Positions 20,376 to 30,883 are shown, counted from the stretch's first letter. The stretch: DNA of 64,000 nucleotides from Candidatus Cloacimonadales bacterium (GCA_963665815.1 OY762463.1:1856001-1920000), one strand, 5' to 3'. The notes: generated by a model not told the origin, from the sequence alone. Made by a program: numbers and translations.

Positions 20376-23339
20376 ATGAAACATTCAATATTTATGCTTT
20401 TTCTTTTTGTAAGTCTCAGTATCTGGGGAATAATTAGTGTTCCGACAGATTACTCAACTATTCAGGGAGCAATAAATGCTTCTGTCAATGGTGATACTAT
20501 TATTGTAGATCAGGGAGTATACACTGAGAACATCAACTTCTCAGGCAAAGAAATCTTATTGACTTCGCAGATAATTAGCACCAATAATTATTCAGATGTT
20601 CAACTTACAGTACTTAATGGAGTCAATGGAGGAGTTGTAGTAGAGTTCACGAGTAATGAAACAAGCCTTTCAAAACTTAATGGATTCACTGTGAGAATGG
20701 GATCAGGAACTATGAACAATAACAGAGGGGGAGGAATATTAATCGAAAATGCGAGTCCCGAAATATCAAACTGCATTGTGAAAGATAATTCTGCATTCAA
20801 TGGTGGAGGAGCATTCATATCAAACTCATCTGCAAGATTCTATAATTGTGTTTTCAAAGATAATAACGCAATGCTTGAAGGCGGGGCAGCCATTGTTGTA
20901 AGTTCGGTTGACACACGATTCTATAATTGTCTGTTTATTGACAATGGAGCATGGGCAGAAACTGCTACTCTTGATGTCTGGTTCTCTGGAACGACGGAAA
21001 TAGTAAACAGTATTGTAAGAAACTCAAATGCTAATCATATTACAGAAAGTGGTAACGCCGTTCTGAATATCTCATATTCAAATATTGAAGGTGGATGGGT
21101 TGGGACAGGCAACATTGACGCTGATCCCCAGTTCGAGGATATTCAGAATGAACTTTTCAGCGTAACACCTTCATCACCATGTATAAATACCGGAGATCCT
21201 AATTCTTTGAATTATAATTTACCGATCTATGATTTAATGGGAAACCAACGTTTCAATGGTATAATTGACATGGGACCATGCGAACTTGAATCAGGAACAC
21301 TCGCGGCAGCCTTCAATGTAGCCCCGGACTCAGGATATGCACCTCTTACCGTAAATTTTTTAGATTTCAGCACAGGAAATCCAACTGCATGGGATTGGGA
21401 TTTTGACAATGATGGCACGACTGACAGCAATTTGCAGAATCCTCAACATACATACACTCAACCTGGTGTCTATACAGTTTCATTGACAATAAGCGATGGA
21501 ACTAATCAAAGCTCAGTAACAATGCAGGACTTAATAATTGTGTCTGAACCAAATGTAACTGCAGATTTTCAGGCAGACATTCTGATAGGAAATGCACCCC
21601 TAATTGTTTCTTTCACGGATTTATCTTCAGATGACTGCACTCTATGGGAATGGGATTTCGATAATGATGGAACTGTAGATAATATTGCGCAAAATCCGGT
21701 CTGGTCCTTTACAGAACCAGGAACATATACCGTGTCCTTAACAGCTTCGAACGGTTTAACAGATGATACAGAAGTAAAAACTGACTACATTGTTGTAAAT
21801 CCCTCGATTGGAGCAATGTACACTGTCCCGGATGACTATATTCACATAGATATGGCTATTGCTATGTGTAGTGATGGAGACACAATATATGTAAGACCCG
21901 GAACCTACGATGAATACATAGATTTCAGAGGCAAAGCATTAAGTGTTGTCAGTGAATATTTTTTTTCGGGTAATCCTGACCATATAGAGCAGACTGTTAT
22001 AGATGGAGGAAATTCAGGAAGACCTGTAATTTTCCAATCCGGTGAAAACTGGAACTCAAAACTTATAGGGTTTACAATCACCGGAGGAAATGCCTCTCTT
22101 GCTGAAGGTGGAGGTGTATACTGCAACGGAGCCTCCCCAACTCTTTCCAACCTGAGAATAACTAATTGTTCAGCCAGTGAAGGCGGTGCTATTGCCTGCT
22201 ATAACTCAACCGCAATAATTGCATCCTGTGAGGTATTCCTGAATAGTTCTTCAACTTCAGGTGGTGGTATCCTTGTTCATTCAAACTCAGATGTAAGGAT
22301 AGAGAACTGCCTAGTTTACGATAATAGCTCATTGATTGGCGGAGGTATTGCTTGCCAGCTAAGTAACTGTAAAATCGTTAATTGTACCGTAACGCTGAAT
22401 AACTCAACTAACAGCAATTTTGCCGGAGGAATAGACTGCTATGGCACTTCGGATGTGATTATACTGAACTCTATCATACATAGCAACTCATCTCCTCAAA
22501 TAGTAAACTCTCAAAATTTGTGGCTTAATAATTCTAACATAATGGATCCTGTTCAAAACGATACTGGGGCACTGCTGATAGAACAAGACAATATAAACTC
22601 AGATCCCGATTTTGTTAACTCCGATCAAAACGACTTCACACTGAATACATCATCTCCTTGTATTGATCTGGGAATTACAAGTATCGTTGTTAATGGTGAA
22701 TCTATTTCCGCTCCACAAAAAGATATTCGCAGCAACGACAGAGATACATCACCAGATGCAGGATGTTATGAAGTTCTTCCCGCTTTGAATGCTGAATTCT
22801 CAGCAAATCCCGTTTCAGGATCAGCACCTCTTCTTGTGACATTCACAGATTTGAGTTACCCCCAACCATCTTCATGGGAATGGGACTTTGATAATGATGG
22901 GATAACTGACTCAAACATACAAAATCCCCAATTCACTTATAATCAGAATGGGATATATTCAGTGAAGCTGATTGTACAAAATGGTACTGAAACCGATTCA
23001 ATTGTATACTCAAATCTGATAAATGTTCAGGAAGCAGCAAACATTGAGGATATAAACTCATTCAACACGGCTTTGCTTGGAAACAGCCCAAATCCATTTA
23101 ATCCGGAAACAAAAATTTCCTTCAGTCTGGAAAGACAACAGTATGTATCTCTTGAAATAGTTAACATAAAGGGTCAAAAAGTTACAATATTGTACTCAGG
23201 AATACTTGATCGCGGAAAACATGAATATATCTGGAATGGTGAAAACAACAACGGAGTAAAAACATCTTCAGGTGTTTACTTCATAAAAATGAAAACAAGT
23301 AAAAATACTTTTGTCCGTAAATGTATTATGCTCAAATAA
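20376..23339 (+). CDS. Secreted modular protein: beta-helix, PKD, PKD, beta-helix, PKD, FlgD-Ig/T9SS-type CTD
   Basis: Signal peptide; TIQGAIN..GDTIIV..GVYTENINF and GGG-rich beta-helix repeats; three WDFDNDG PKD domains; PNPFNPET..SGVYFIKM..KCIMLK C-terminus. GAGGAGG RBS supports start 20376. Confidence 0.85.
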   Translation: MKHSIFMLFLFVSLSIWGIISVPTDYSTIQGAINASVNGDTIIVDQGVYTENINFSGKEILLTSQIISTNNYSDVQLTVLNGVNGGVVVEFTSNETSLSKLNGFTVRMGSGTMNNNRGGGILIENASPEISNCIVKDNSAFNGGGAFISNSSARFYNCVFKDNNAMLEGGAAIVVSSVDTRFYNCLFIDNGAWAETATLDVWFSGTTEIVNSIVRNSNANHITESGNAVLNISYSNIEGGWVGTGNIDADPQFEDIQNELFSVTPSSPCINTGDPNSLNYNLPIYDLMGNQRFNGIIDMGPCELESGTLAAAFNVAPDSGYAPLTVNFLDFSTGNPTAWDWDFDNDGTTDSNLQNPQHTYTQPGVYTVSLTISDGTNQSSVTMQDLIIVSEPNVTADFQADILIGNAPLIVSFTDLSSDDCTLWEWDFDNDGTVDNIAQNPVWSFTEPGTYTVSLTASNGLTDDTEVKTDYIVVNPSIGAMYTVPDDYIHIDMAIAMCSDGDTIYVRPGTYDEYIDFRGKALSVVSEYFFSGNPDHIEQTVIDGGNSGRPVIFQSGENWNSKLIGFTITGGNASLAEGGGVYCNGASPTLSNLRITNCSASEGGAIACYNSTAIIASCEVFLNSSSTSGGGILVHSNSDVRIENCLVYDNSSLIGGGIACQLSNCKIVNCTVTLNNSTNSNFAGGIDCYGTSDVIILNSIIHSNSSPQIVNSQNLWLNNSNIMDPVQNDTGALLIEQDNINSDPDFVNSDQNDFTLNTSSPCIDLGITSIVVNGESISAPQKDIRSNDRDTSPDAGCYEVLPALNAEFSANPVSGSAPLLVTFTDLSYPQPSSWEWDFDNDGITDSNIQNPQFTYNQNGIYSVKLIVQNGTETDSIVYSNLINVQEAANIEDINSFNTALLGNSPNPFNPETKISFSLERQQYVSLEIVNIKGQKVTILYSGILDRGKHEYIWNGENNNGVKTSSGVYFIKMKTSKNTFVRKCIMLK

Positions 23340-23356
23340 TAACTCTTTTCACATAT

Positions 23357-23388
23357 TCAGGCACTCAGTACAATCCTGAGTGCCTGAG
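23357..23388 (+). terminator. Hairpin / terminator after the first PKD protein
   Basis: TCAGGCACTCAG..CTGAGTGCCTGA perfect 12-bp stem. Confidence 0.65.
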
Positions 23389-23533
23389 TTACTTATTGTT
23401 AACTACTATTCGGTATACTTTAATTGATGATATGAACCACATTCACGATACCACCACCCGTCCAGATAAATCATCTCATACACTCCTTAAATACTTGTTA
23501 TAAATACATTTATGATACATTTTGTTTCCCTTC

Positions 23534-23549
23534 TGGAACAAATATTGCA
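23534..23549 (+). promoter_or_regulatory. Sigma-54 (-24/-12) promoter
   Basis: TGGAAC-AAATA-TTGCA with GG-N10-GC spacing, about 35 nt upstream of ATG 23585. Confidence 0.7.
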
Positions 23550-23584
23550 TCATCTGAGATATCAATATTAAGGAGGAAGGCTAA

Positions 23585-25174
23585 ATGAAAAAATTCTTAA
23601 TTTTCATTACTCTCTTTATATCAGCAGGATTATTTTCTACTACCATCAATATCCCTGCTGATTACACAACTATTCAGGACGGTATTAATGCATCATCTGA
23701 TGGAGACACTGTCCGCGTAGCTCCTGGAACATACACGGAGCAAATTGATTTTTCAGGAAAGAACATTACTGTCGCAAGTGAATATGCTTTTGATTACGAT
23801 CTGACACATATTGATCAGACAATCATTGATGCAAACTGGGGCGGAAGAGTCGTAACATTTAACAATGGAGAAACGAACACAACATTGCTGATTGGATTCA
23901 CCATTCAAAACGGGGATACTCAAACTAATGGGGGTGGCATTCTTTGTGACGGAGCCTCTCCAAAGCTTATGAATTTAGTTGTAAAAGACTGTGCGGGAAA
24001 CCATGGCGGAGGTATCTCCCTGGAAAACTCTAATTCAGAGCTGCTCAACATTAAACTGACAATGAATTATTCAACCAGTGATGGTGCTGTGATTTACGTT
24101 GGCAACAACTCAGATGTATCTTTGAAGAACATTCTGGCATACAGTAATGATGGCAGCGGAGCACCGGGAATTGCATTTGATAATTCAACAGGTTCTGTTA
24201 TAAATTCCACAATAACCGGTAACTTTGTAATGTTTGGCAGCGGTGCCGGAGGTGTAAATTGTTCCGGATCATCGGATGTTGTTATCTTCAATTCTATTAT
24301 CTATGGTAACTCCTCACCACAAATAGTAAATTCCCAGAACTTATGGGTGCACTATTCATGTTATGAAGGTTCAATTACCAACAACACCGGAGCAACTCTT
24401 GATGAATCAAATACAATCACATCAGATCCTGCATTTTTTGATCCAAACAACTCTGATTATCATCTCACTCAAAATTCTCCGTGCGTTGATGCAGGTATAA
24501 GACAAACTTTCATCAACAACACAAATATCAGAGCTACTGCATCAGATATTGAGAACGTTCCTCGATCAATGATGTCCTTTTCTGAATACGATTATGGAGC
24601 GTATGAGTATTCTGCTCAGTTAACCGCCGGTTTTGTTGCGAATCCGACTTCCGGTGACGCACCATTGACAGTTGTCTTTACTGATCAATCTTTACCAGTT
24701 CCAACTTCTCATGACTGGGACTTTGAAAATGACGGAATCATTGATCACCATTTCCCGAATCCAACACATGTATATGAAATTCCGGGAGTATATGATGTAA
24801 AACTTGTTGTCAGAAATGGAACACAAGTCGATTCGATTCTGCTGGATAACTTTATTACTGTAAACGGCATCAGTAATGATGAAAATGTGAACTCAGTAAA
24901 AACAGATCTTACAGGAAATTATCCTAATCCATTTAATCCATCTACAATGATTAACTTCAGTATTTCCAAAGATCAGAATGTTAAAATAGATATTCTGAAT
25001 ATAAAAGGTCAGTATGTCAGAACGATATGCAACAAAAACTTTTGTGCAGGAGAAAACTCCGTTGTATGGGACGGACTTGATGCCAGAGGTGAAGATACCG
25101 GTTCGGGAGTATATTTTATCAAAATGCGCACTCCTGATCAGTTTTTTATCAAAAAATGCACGTTAATTAAGTAA
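23585..25174 (+). CDS. Secreted beta-helix/PKD protein with FlgD-Ig/T9SS-type CTD (paralog of the upstream gene's C-terminal half)
   Basis: Signal peptide; PADYTTIQDGI, NSSPQIVNSQNLW (shared with the upstream gene), WDFENDG and NYPNPFNPST..KKCTLIK. Confidence 0.85.
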   Translation: MKKFLIFITLFISAGLFSTTINIPADYTTIQDGINASSDGDTVRVAPGTYTEQIDFSGKNITVASEYAFDYDLTHIDQTIIDANWGGRVVTFNNGETNTTLLIGFTIQNGDTQTNGGGILCDGASPKLMNLVVKDCAGNHGGGISLENSNSELLNIKLTMNYSTSDGAVIYVGNNSDVSLKNILAYSNDGSGAPGIAFDNSTGSVINSTITGNFVMFGSGAGGVNCSGSSDVVIFNSIIYGNSSPQIVNSQNLWVHYSCYEGSITNNTGATLDESNTITSDPAFFDPNNSDYHLTQNSPCVDAGIRQTFINNTNIRATASDIENVPRSMMSFSEYDYGAYEYSAQLTAGFVANPTSGDAPLTVVFTDQSLPVPTSHDWDFENDGIIDHHFPNPTHVYEIPGVYDVKLVVRNGTQVDSILLDNFITVNGISNDENVNSVKTDLTGNYPNPFNPSTMINFSISKDQNVKIDILNIKGQYVRTICNKNFCAGENSVVWDGLDARGEDTGSGVYFIKMRTPDQFFIKKCTLIK

Positions 25175-25181
25175 CCTCCTC

Positions 25182-25219
25182 AAAAAAAAGGCTGTTGACA
25201 TAAATGTCATCAGCCTTTT
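25182..25219. terminator. Bidirectional intrinsic terminator
   Basis: A run, AGGCTGTTGACAT..ATGTCATCAGCCT, T run, between convergent genes. Confidence 0.8.
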
Positions 25220-25240
25220 ATATATTTTAGATATCTTTTT

Positions 25241-26737
25241 TTATACTTCTTTTTTCATTTGAGGAAACAGCAGAACCTCTTTTATGGATGTATTGTTTGT
25301 GAAAAGCATAACGAGTCTGTCTATACCGATTCCCAGACCACCTGTAGGAGGCATTCCATATTCCATTGCCTCGAGGAAATCTTCATCAACAACATTCGCT
25401 TCCAGATCACCGGACTCTCTCAACTTCGCCTGAGCTTCAAATCGCTGTCTCTGGTCAGTCGGATCATTCAACTCAGTAAAAGCATTTGCATATTCATTTC
25501 CTGTTATGAAGAGTTCAAAACGTTCTACAATATCATCACTACCCGGCTTTTTCTTAGCAAGAGGTGATATCTCCAGAGGGTAGTCGGTTACGAATGTAGG
25601 CTGAATCAGGTTTTCCTCAACAAAAATTTCGAAAAGTTCTTCAATAAGTTTTCCTGTTCCAGCATTTTCCGGAACTTCTATTTCTTTGCTTTTCATGAAA
25701 CTTACAATTTTATCTCTATCGAAATCCGAGAAATCCTCTTTGGTATATTCTTCAATCAGCTCTATCATTGTCGCTCTTCTGAAAGGAGTTTCCAGAGATA
25801 CTGTATAATCTCTGAATTTGAGATCAGTTGTACCATACAGATTTTTAGCAGCATCTGAAATCATATTCTCAGTGAGTTCCATCATACCTTCAAGATCAGT
25901 ATATGCCTGATAAAGTTCTATAGCTGTGAACTCAGGATTATGTGTCCTGTCCATCCCTTCATTTCGGAAGTTCTTTCCAATCTCATATACTTTTTCAAAT
26001 CCACCGATAATTAATCTTTTAAGGTACAGCTCAGTTGCAATACGTAAATAAAGCTGCATATCCAGAGTATTATGGTGAGTAATAAAAGGTCTGGCATTCG
26101 CTCCACCATATAAAGGCTGAAGAATTGGTGTTTCAACTTCCAGGAATCCCTTTTCTTCGAGATAGCTTCTGATAAATGAAATCAGTTTTGCTCTGATGAT
26201 GAAGTTATCTTTGTTATCCGGATTCAGGAGCAGATCAAGATATCTTTTTCTGAATCTTAATTCTATATCAGCAAATTCATCAAATCTGACAACTTTGCCA
26301 TCAACTTCTTTTTCTTTAACTGTTGGAATAGGACGCATATTTTTTGCCAGCATTCTCACACTGGATGCTTTCATGGAGTATTCACCTGTTTTTGTGTAAA
26401 AAGGTGTTCCTTCGATTTCTACAAAATCACCAAGATCGAAGAGTTTGAAAACTTCATAGTTATCTGTTCCAACAACTTCTCTGCTGACGTAAAGCTGAAT
26501 TCTTCCACTATCGTCTTCTACATTACCAAACCCAACTTTTCCCATACGTCGCATTTGTTTAAGTCTTCCGGCAATTACTACTGTCGCCGGATTATCTATA
26601 AACTCCTTTTCATTTTCGAGAAGAGAACTGATTTTGTGTGTTCTATTACACTTTCCCGGATAAGCCGGAATATTCATGCTGTTCAGTTTCTGCAGTTTTT
26701 GTTTTCTTAAACCAATCATCTGTTTTGTGTTATCCAT
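25241..26737 (-). CDS. lysS: Lysyl-tRNA synthetase, class II
   Basis: OB fold, GGANARPF, YLRIATELYLKRL, FRNEG..HNPEF and YGMPPTGGLGIGIDRL motifs. Confidence 0.98.
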   Translation of the reverse strand: MDNTKQMIGLRKQKLQKLNSMNIPAYPGKCNRTHKISSLLENEKEFIDNPATVVIAGRLKQMRRMGKVGFGNVEDDSGRIQLYVSREVVGTDNYEVFKLFDLGDFVEIEGTPFYTKTGEYSMKASSVRMLAKNMRPIPTVKEKEVDGKVVRFDEFADIELRFRKRYLDLLLNPDNKDNFIIRAKLISFIRSYLEEKGFLEVETPILQPLYGGANARPFITHHNTLDMQLYLRIATELYLKRLIIGGFEKVYEIGKNFRNEGMDRTHNPEFTAIELYQAYTDLEGMMELTENMISDAAKNLYGTTDLKFRDYTVSLETPFRRATMIELIEEYTKEDFSDFDRDKIVSFMKSKEIEVPENAGTGKLIEELFEIFVEENLIQPTFVTDYPLEISPLAKKKPGSDDIVERFELFITGNEYANAFTELNDPTDQRQRFEAQAKLRESGDLEANVVDEDFLEAMEYGMPPTGGLGIGIDRLVMLFTNNTSIKEVLLFPQMKKEV

Positions 26738-26975
26738 TTTTTTCTCCAATACGTTTTCTCTTCTTAAGATGCAGTATGACGCTGGGTTCTATGTCATAAT
26801 TATTTATTTCTAAACATCTTACTAGTATGAAGTTTTACATTTTCATACCGTTATGTTGTCAAGAAAATTGAAACTACTTTTAGTCTTAACTAAATTTCAA
26901 AGCATATATTTTTTTTTATTTTGCATTTATTCAAACCATATGTATAATATTTACAGAACCTTAAATTGAGGAAAA

Positions 26976-27368
26976 ATGTATAAAATAGAAAAAAGAGACT
27001 CAGGATATTTATTATTCTTTTCCGACAATATTGGTAAAGAAGAAATGCAGAACTGGTACGATGAAAGTATGGATTATCTGGAGAATGAGAAATCGGATGG
27101 CTTCCCGGTTATTGTTGATATGCGTGATTTGAAACCTTTATCTCCTGATGCACAGAAAATTATGATAGCCGGTCAACAACTATATAGAAATGCCGGTATG
27201 GGCAGATCAGCAGTAATCGTGAATAGTACTGCTACCGTTGGTCAGTTTCAGTCGATTGCCAAAAAATCAGGTATTTTCAGCACAGAGAGATATTTTGACG
27301 GAACTGAAAATGATGCAACCCATAAAGCTCTGAGATGGGCACATGAAGGTATTGATTCTAGTTCTTGA
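26976..27368 (+). CDS. Hypothetical protein, possibly STAS/SEC14 (SpoIIAA-like) fold
   Basis: 130-aa ORF with GAGG RBS and upstream TATAAT; VIVDMRDLKP and RSAVIVNS pattern. The fold call is tentative. Confidence 0.55.
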   Translation: MYKIEKRDSGYLLFFSDNIGKEEMQNWYDESMDYLENEKSDGFPVIVDMRDLKPLSPDAQKIMIAGQQLYRNAGMGRSAVIVNSTATVGQFQSIAKKSGIFSTERYFDGTENDATHKALRWAHEGIDSSS

Positions 27369-27427
27369 TGATTATTACATCTTTATCTTTTAAAATTCAC
27401 CCCTAAATCAATAATCTAATCACAATC

Positions 27428-28918
27428 TCATTTCTTAAACATCAATCCCTGAATAATATCTCCCGGTGTTATTGATGCTGTTTCTCTATATTCAGAGAGA
27501 ATCTCTGCTGTTGCCCCCAATAAATATGATCCGGAAACTGCAGCGTCTTTCAGGCAATATCCCTGTCCGATAAATGAAATGATTATTCCTGACAGAACAT
27601 CACCACTTCCACCAGTTGAGAGACCATCGTTTCCAGATTTTTCAAAGACACAGATTTCTCCATCACTGAAAACTGATACTGCTGACTTAAGCAGAACATT
27701 CACATTGAACTCAGATGTAAAATCAAGAAGCTGATGTATAGTATCCTCAATGTCATTTGAGATCAATCTTCTGAACTCACCAATATGTGGAGTAAGCAGG
27801 ATACTGTCTGATACGGCATTACTGAGAATTTCAGGATTCCTTGCCACAATGTTTATGCCATCAGCATCAATAACAACAGGTTCTTTAACAAACTCCAGAA
27901 TCGCTTTTACCAGTTCACCGGAGTAATCAGAAATTCCAAGACCAGGACCTATAAGAACACAATCATAGTCTGTCAGAAGTTCACAGAGTGCATTCCCATC
28001 AGGAAGTCCATTCTTTTCAGGAATCACTTTTGTCATTACTTCAGTCAGCTTGATCTCGAATATATCTTCCAGTCCTGCAGGGTGAAACAATGTTATTAAC
28101 CCACTTCCTGATCTGAGAGCTGCTTTGGAAGCCATCACGGCTGCACCAGTCAATCCTCTTGATCCAGCGATAATTGCTACTCTGCCGAAATCTCCTTTAT
28201 GACCGAATCTATATCTGCTCATTCTCAGGATATCAGTATGAAGAGAATAGTTAAAAGTAAATCTATCTTCAAGTAGTGGAGGTATTCCAATGTCAACTAC
28301 ATATAGTTCTCCGGCAGCCAGCAATCCCTCTCTGAGGAAATGTCCGCATTTTGGATATGCCATTGTGATTGTTGCATCAGCATTGATATATTCAATTCCC
28401 TGGCCTGTATCTGCATTAATTCCGGAAGGGATATCAATAGCATAGATAAATGCAGAAGATTCGTTAATCATGGTGAACAGATCTCTATAATGTCCTCTTG
28501 CAACACCTTTAAAACCAATTCCAAATAATGCATCAATATACAAGTCTGTTTCAGGGACTTCAACAGCATTTACTTCAAGTAAATCCATATCGGAAAGATC
28601 AATTATTTCAATGTTAAGCTTACGGCATAAGTTCAGGTTATGCTTTGTCTCCTGAGTCATTTTATCTTCATTACCACAAAGAGCAATTACGACATCAAAT
28701 CCATAGTTAAGAAGCCAGCGTGCAACTACAAAACCATCTCCCCCATTATTTCCGCTTCCGCAAAATACAACAACAGAAGTTCCATCGTCGTGATTTTCTA
28801 TTATAATTCTGGCACATTCAGCAGCAGCATTTTCCATCAATACACTACTTGCAATTCCAAATTCGTTCATGGTGTATAGATCAAGATCCTTCATCTGCTT
28901 AGCTGTAAGTACTTTCAT
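27428..28918 (-). CDS. nnr: Bifunctional NAD(P)H-hydrate epimerase/dehydratase (YjeF)
   Basis: LMENAA, GSGNNGGDG, DIPSG, HKGDFG, GPGLG, DADG, TPHIGE and GGSGDVL motifs. Confidence 0.95.
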   Translation of the reverse strand: MKVLTAKQMKDLDLYTMNEFGIASSVLMENAAAECARIIIENHDDGTSVVVFCGSGNNGGDGFVVARWLLNYGFDVVIALCGNEDKMTQETKHNLNLCRKLNIEIIDLSDMDLLEVNAVEVPETDLYIDALFGIGFKGVARGHYRDLFTMINESSAFIYAIDIPSGINADTGQGIEYINADATITMAYPKCGHFLREGLLAAGELYVVDIGIPPLLEDRFTFNYSLHTDILRMSRYRFGHKGDFGRVAIIAGSRGLTGAAVMASKAALRSGSGLITLFHPAGLEDIFEIKLTEVMTKVIPEKNGLPDGNALCELLTDYDCVLIGPGLGISDYSGELVKAILEFVKEPVVIDADGINIVARNPEILSNAVSDSILLTPHIGEFRRLISNDIEDTIHQLLDFTSEFNVNVLLKSAVSVFSDGEICVFEKSGNDGLSTGGSGDVLSGIIISFIGQGYCLKDAAVSGSYLLGATAEILSEYRETASITPGDIIQGLMFKK

Positions 28919-30135
28919 TATTCCTCCGGAAGCATGATTTCAATGGTTGTGCCTTCACTTATTGTTGATTCCAGCACTCTGATTTTACCTTTGTGATAAT
29001 CTTCAATAATTCTTTTAGCGAGACTAAGCCCAAGCCCCCATCCTCTCTTTTTACTTGTTACACCAGGTTCGAAAATCTTACTGAAGTCTGATTTAGGTAT
29101 ACCTTTGCCGGCATCCTGAATCAAAATAGATATATTTCTCTTATGACTGAATGCAGTAATAATTATATCTCCGCCTTTCTGAGTCATGGCATCTATACTG
29201 TTCTTAAGCACATTTTCAAGTGTCCAGCGGATCAAGTCAGCATCAATCAACGCCAGTTTACCTTCTATTTTGCTTATAACATGCAGATTAATCTTATTGT
29301 TGAGATTAGGCAGACGTTTTTCGAAATATGTTACAGTCTGCTGAATCATCTCATGTATGGAATGCGGATTACGCTTGATTGTCGATCCCACCTTACCAAA
29401 TCTGTTAGCAACCTTCTGCAGATGCTTCACGTCTGCTCTCATATTGTCTATCCATGACAGCATAGAATCATCACCTGATTCCAAGAGCCTCATCTGCAGC
29501 AAATCCATCCATGCCAGTAAAGATGACAGAGGAGTGCCAAACTGATGCGCTGTTTCCTTGGCAAGACCGACCCAGAGACTGTTTTTCTCAGATCTCCGCA
29601 CAAGAATGAATCCATAAAACCCAAAAGCAATGAATGATATTATCAATCCGATTTCAAAGAATGGCATATAACGGAGATATTTTACTGTCATGGAATCTCC
29701 GTAATGTACATACCCGAAAATTTTCTCTCCATAAATCTGCGGTAGCTTATAAGGAAGGCTTTTCATTGTACTCCTGAGAGCATCCTTCTCAATATTACTC
29801 AGGAAGTCATACTGAGTATTAATATCTTCCGAAATACCTACGTTCTTCCATAATTGAGGAATCCCCTCGGCATCAGCTATTATAAGAGGGTAATCAATTT
29901 TGTTTATCAAAGTCTCATTGAAGTAAGTTATCATATGAGATTCGAAATTTTTATCACCAACTATACTGAAATACTTCGCCAGTAAATTAGGCAGCACTTC
30001 CGAGTCTTTTCTTGTATGCCTTAACAGAATGTTAGAATAGAATACTATAAACACAAGCAGAAATGCACTACCTGAAAAGAAATAAATCTTCAGTATAAGA
30101 TTACTGTCTTTTCTTAATCTTTTCCCAAACTTCAT
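28918..30135 (-). CDS. Membrane sensor histidine kinase
   Basis: Two TM helices; H-box KETAHQFGTPLSSL, N-box ENVLKNSIDA, DAGKGI and GWGLGLS. Start uncertain (ATG 30135 lies inside the mazG 3' end). Confidence 0.9.
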   Translation of the reverse strand: MKFGKRLRKDSNLILKIYFFSGSAFLLVFIVFYSNILLRHTRKDSEVLPNLLAKYFSIVGDKNFESHMITYFNETLINKIDYPLIIADAEGIPQLWKNVGISEDINTQYDFLSNIEKDALRSTMKSLPYKLPQIYGEKIFGYVHYGDSMTVKYLRYMPFFEIGLIISFIAFGFYGFILVRRSEKNSLWVGLAKETAHQFGTPLSSLLAWMDLLQMRLLESGDDSMLSWIDNMRADVKHLQKVANRFGKVGSTIKRNPHSIHEMIQQTVTYFEKRLPNLNNKINLHVISKIEGKLALIDADLIRWTLENVLKNSIDAMTQKGGDIIITAFSHKRNISILIQDAGKGIPKSDFSKIFEPGVTSKKRGWGLGLSLAKRIIEDYHKGKIRVLESTISEGTTIEIMLPEE

Positions 30136-30874
30136 CCATTTGCTCCAGACTGGCTTCATAAATATCCAGATTGTTTTCTTTGTAATGTTTTTCCAAAAGT
30201 TTAAATCTCTTCTCAAACTTTGCAATAGATTTTTTCAGGGCAAACTCACTATCTATATTCAGTTTACGGGATAGATTAACAACAGAGAACAGAAGATCAC
30301 CAATTTCATCTTCTATATCGTCTTTATCCTTCAGTTTTACAGCTTCTACAAGCTCCTCTGTTTCTTCTCTAATTTTATCAAAAACAGGCTCAGGTTCACT
30401 CCAGTCAAACCCGGCAGAAGCTGCTTTCTCCTGCATTCTCCAAGCAATGATCAAAGCCGGCATACTCATGGGAATACCGTCAATTATAGAACGATCCTTC
30501 TTCTCCTTCTCCTTCTTCTTAAGACGTTCCCAGTTGAGTTTTACTGTAGCAGCATCAGTCATTTCCGTATCACCAAAAATATGTGGGTGCCTTCTGATAA
30601 GTTTTTCCGATATACTCTGTAATACTTCTGCGTATGTAAACTGTCCCTGCTCGTTGGCAATTCTTACCTGCATTGTTATGTGCAGAAGCAAGTCACCCAA
30701 TTCTTCTTTCAAATGATCGGAATCGTTGTTTTCTATAGCTTCAACAACCTCATATAGTTCTTCTATCATATTAGGAACAAGTGATTTTGATGTCTGTTTC
30801 AAATCCCAGGGACATCCATTTTCAGGATCTCTCAATTTATTTACAATATTTATAAGTTCTATAAAATTTTCCAT
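30101..30874 (-). CDS. mazG: Nucleoside triphosphate pyrophosphohydrolase MazG
   Basis: LRDPENGCPWD, EELGDLL, KLIRRHPHIF and GFDW..EIGDLLF motifs. Confidence 0.96.
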   Translation of the reverse strand: MENFIELINIVNKLRDPENGCPWDLKQTSKSLVPNMIEELYEVVEAIENNDSDHLKEELGDLLLHITMQVRIANEQGQFTYAEVLQSISEKLIRRHPHIFGDTEMTDAATVKLNWERLKKKEKEKKDRSIIDGIPMSMPALIIAWRMQEKAASAGFDWSEPEPVFDKIREETEELVEAVKLKDKDDIEDEIGDLLFSVVNLSRKLNIDSEFALKKSIAKFEKRFKLLEKHYKENNLDIYEASLEQMDEVWEKIKKRQ

Positions 30875-30883
30875 TATATCCTC

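Noticed and set aside
21380-24740. Recurrent TGGGA(T/C)TT(T/C)GA repeats as a possible CRISPR or DGR repeat
   Set aside because: They are the in-frame WDFDNDG motif of PKD domains, irregularly spaced, with no cas or reverse transcriptase gene.
16797-25240. Genomic island integrated at tRNA-Leu (GAPOR, GT4, PKD genes)
   Set aside because: No integrase, no repeat of the tRNA 3' end and no obvious compositional shift were seen.
26750-26975. Lysine riboswitch or T-box upstream of lysS
   Set aside because: Only a short TATGAC/GTCATA inverted repeat is present; no conserved riboswitch or T-box elements or terminator.
28918-30225. Long HK/mazG overlap as a frameshift or recoding signal
   Set aside because: Both genes are intact; a later ATG (30135) reduces it to an ordinary short overlap.
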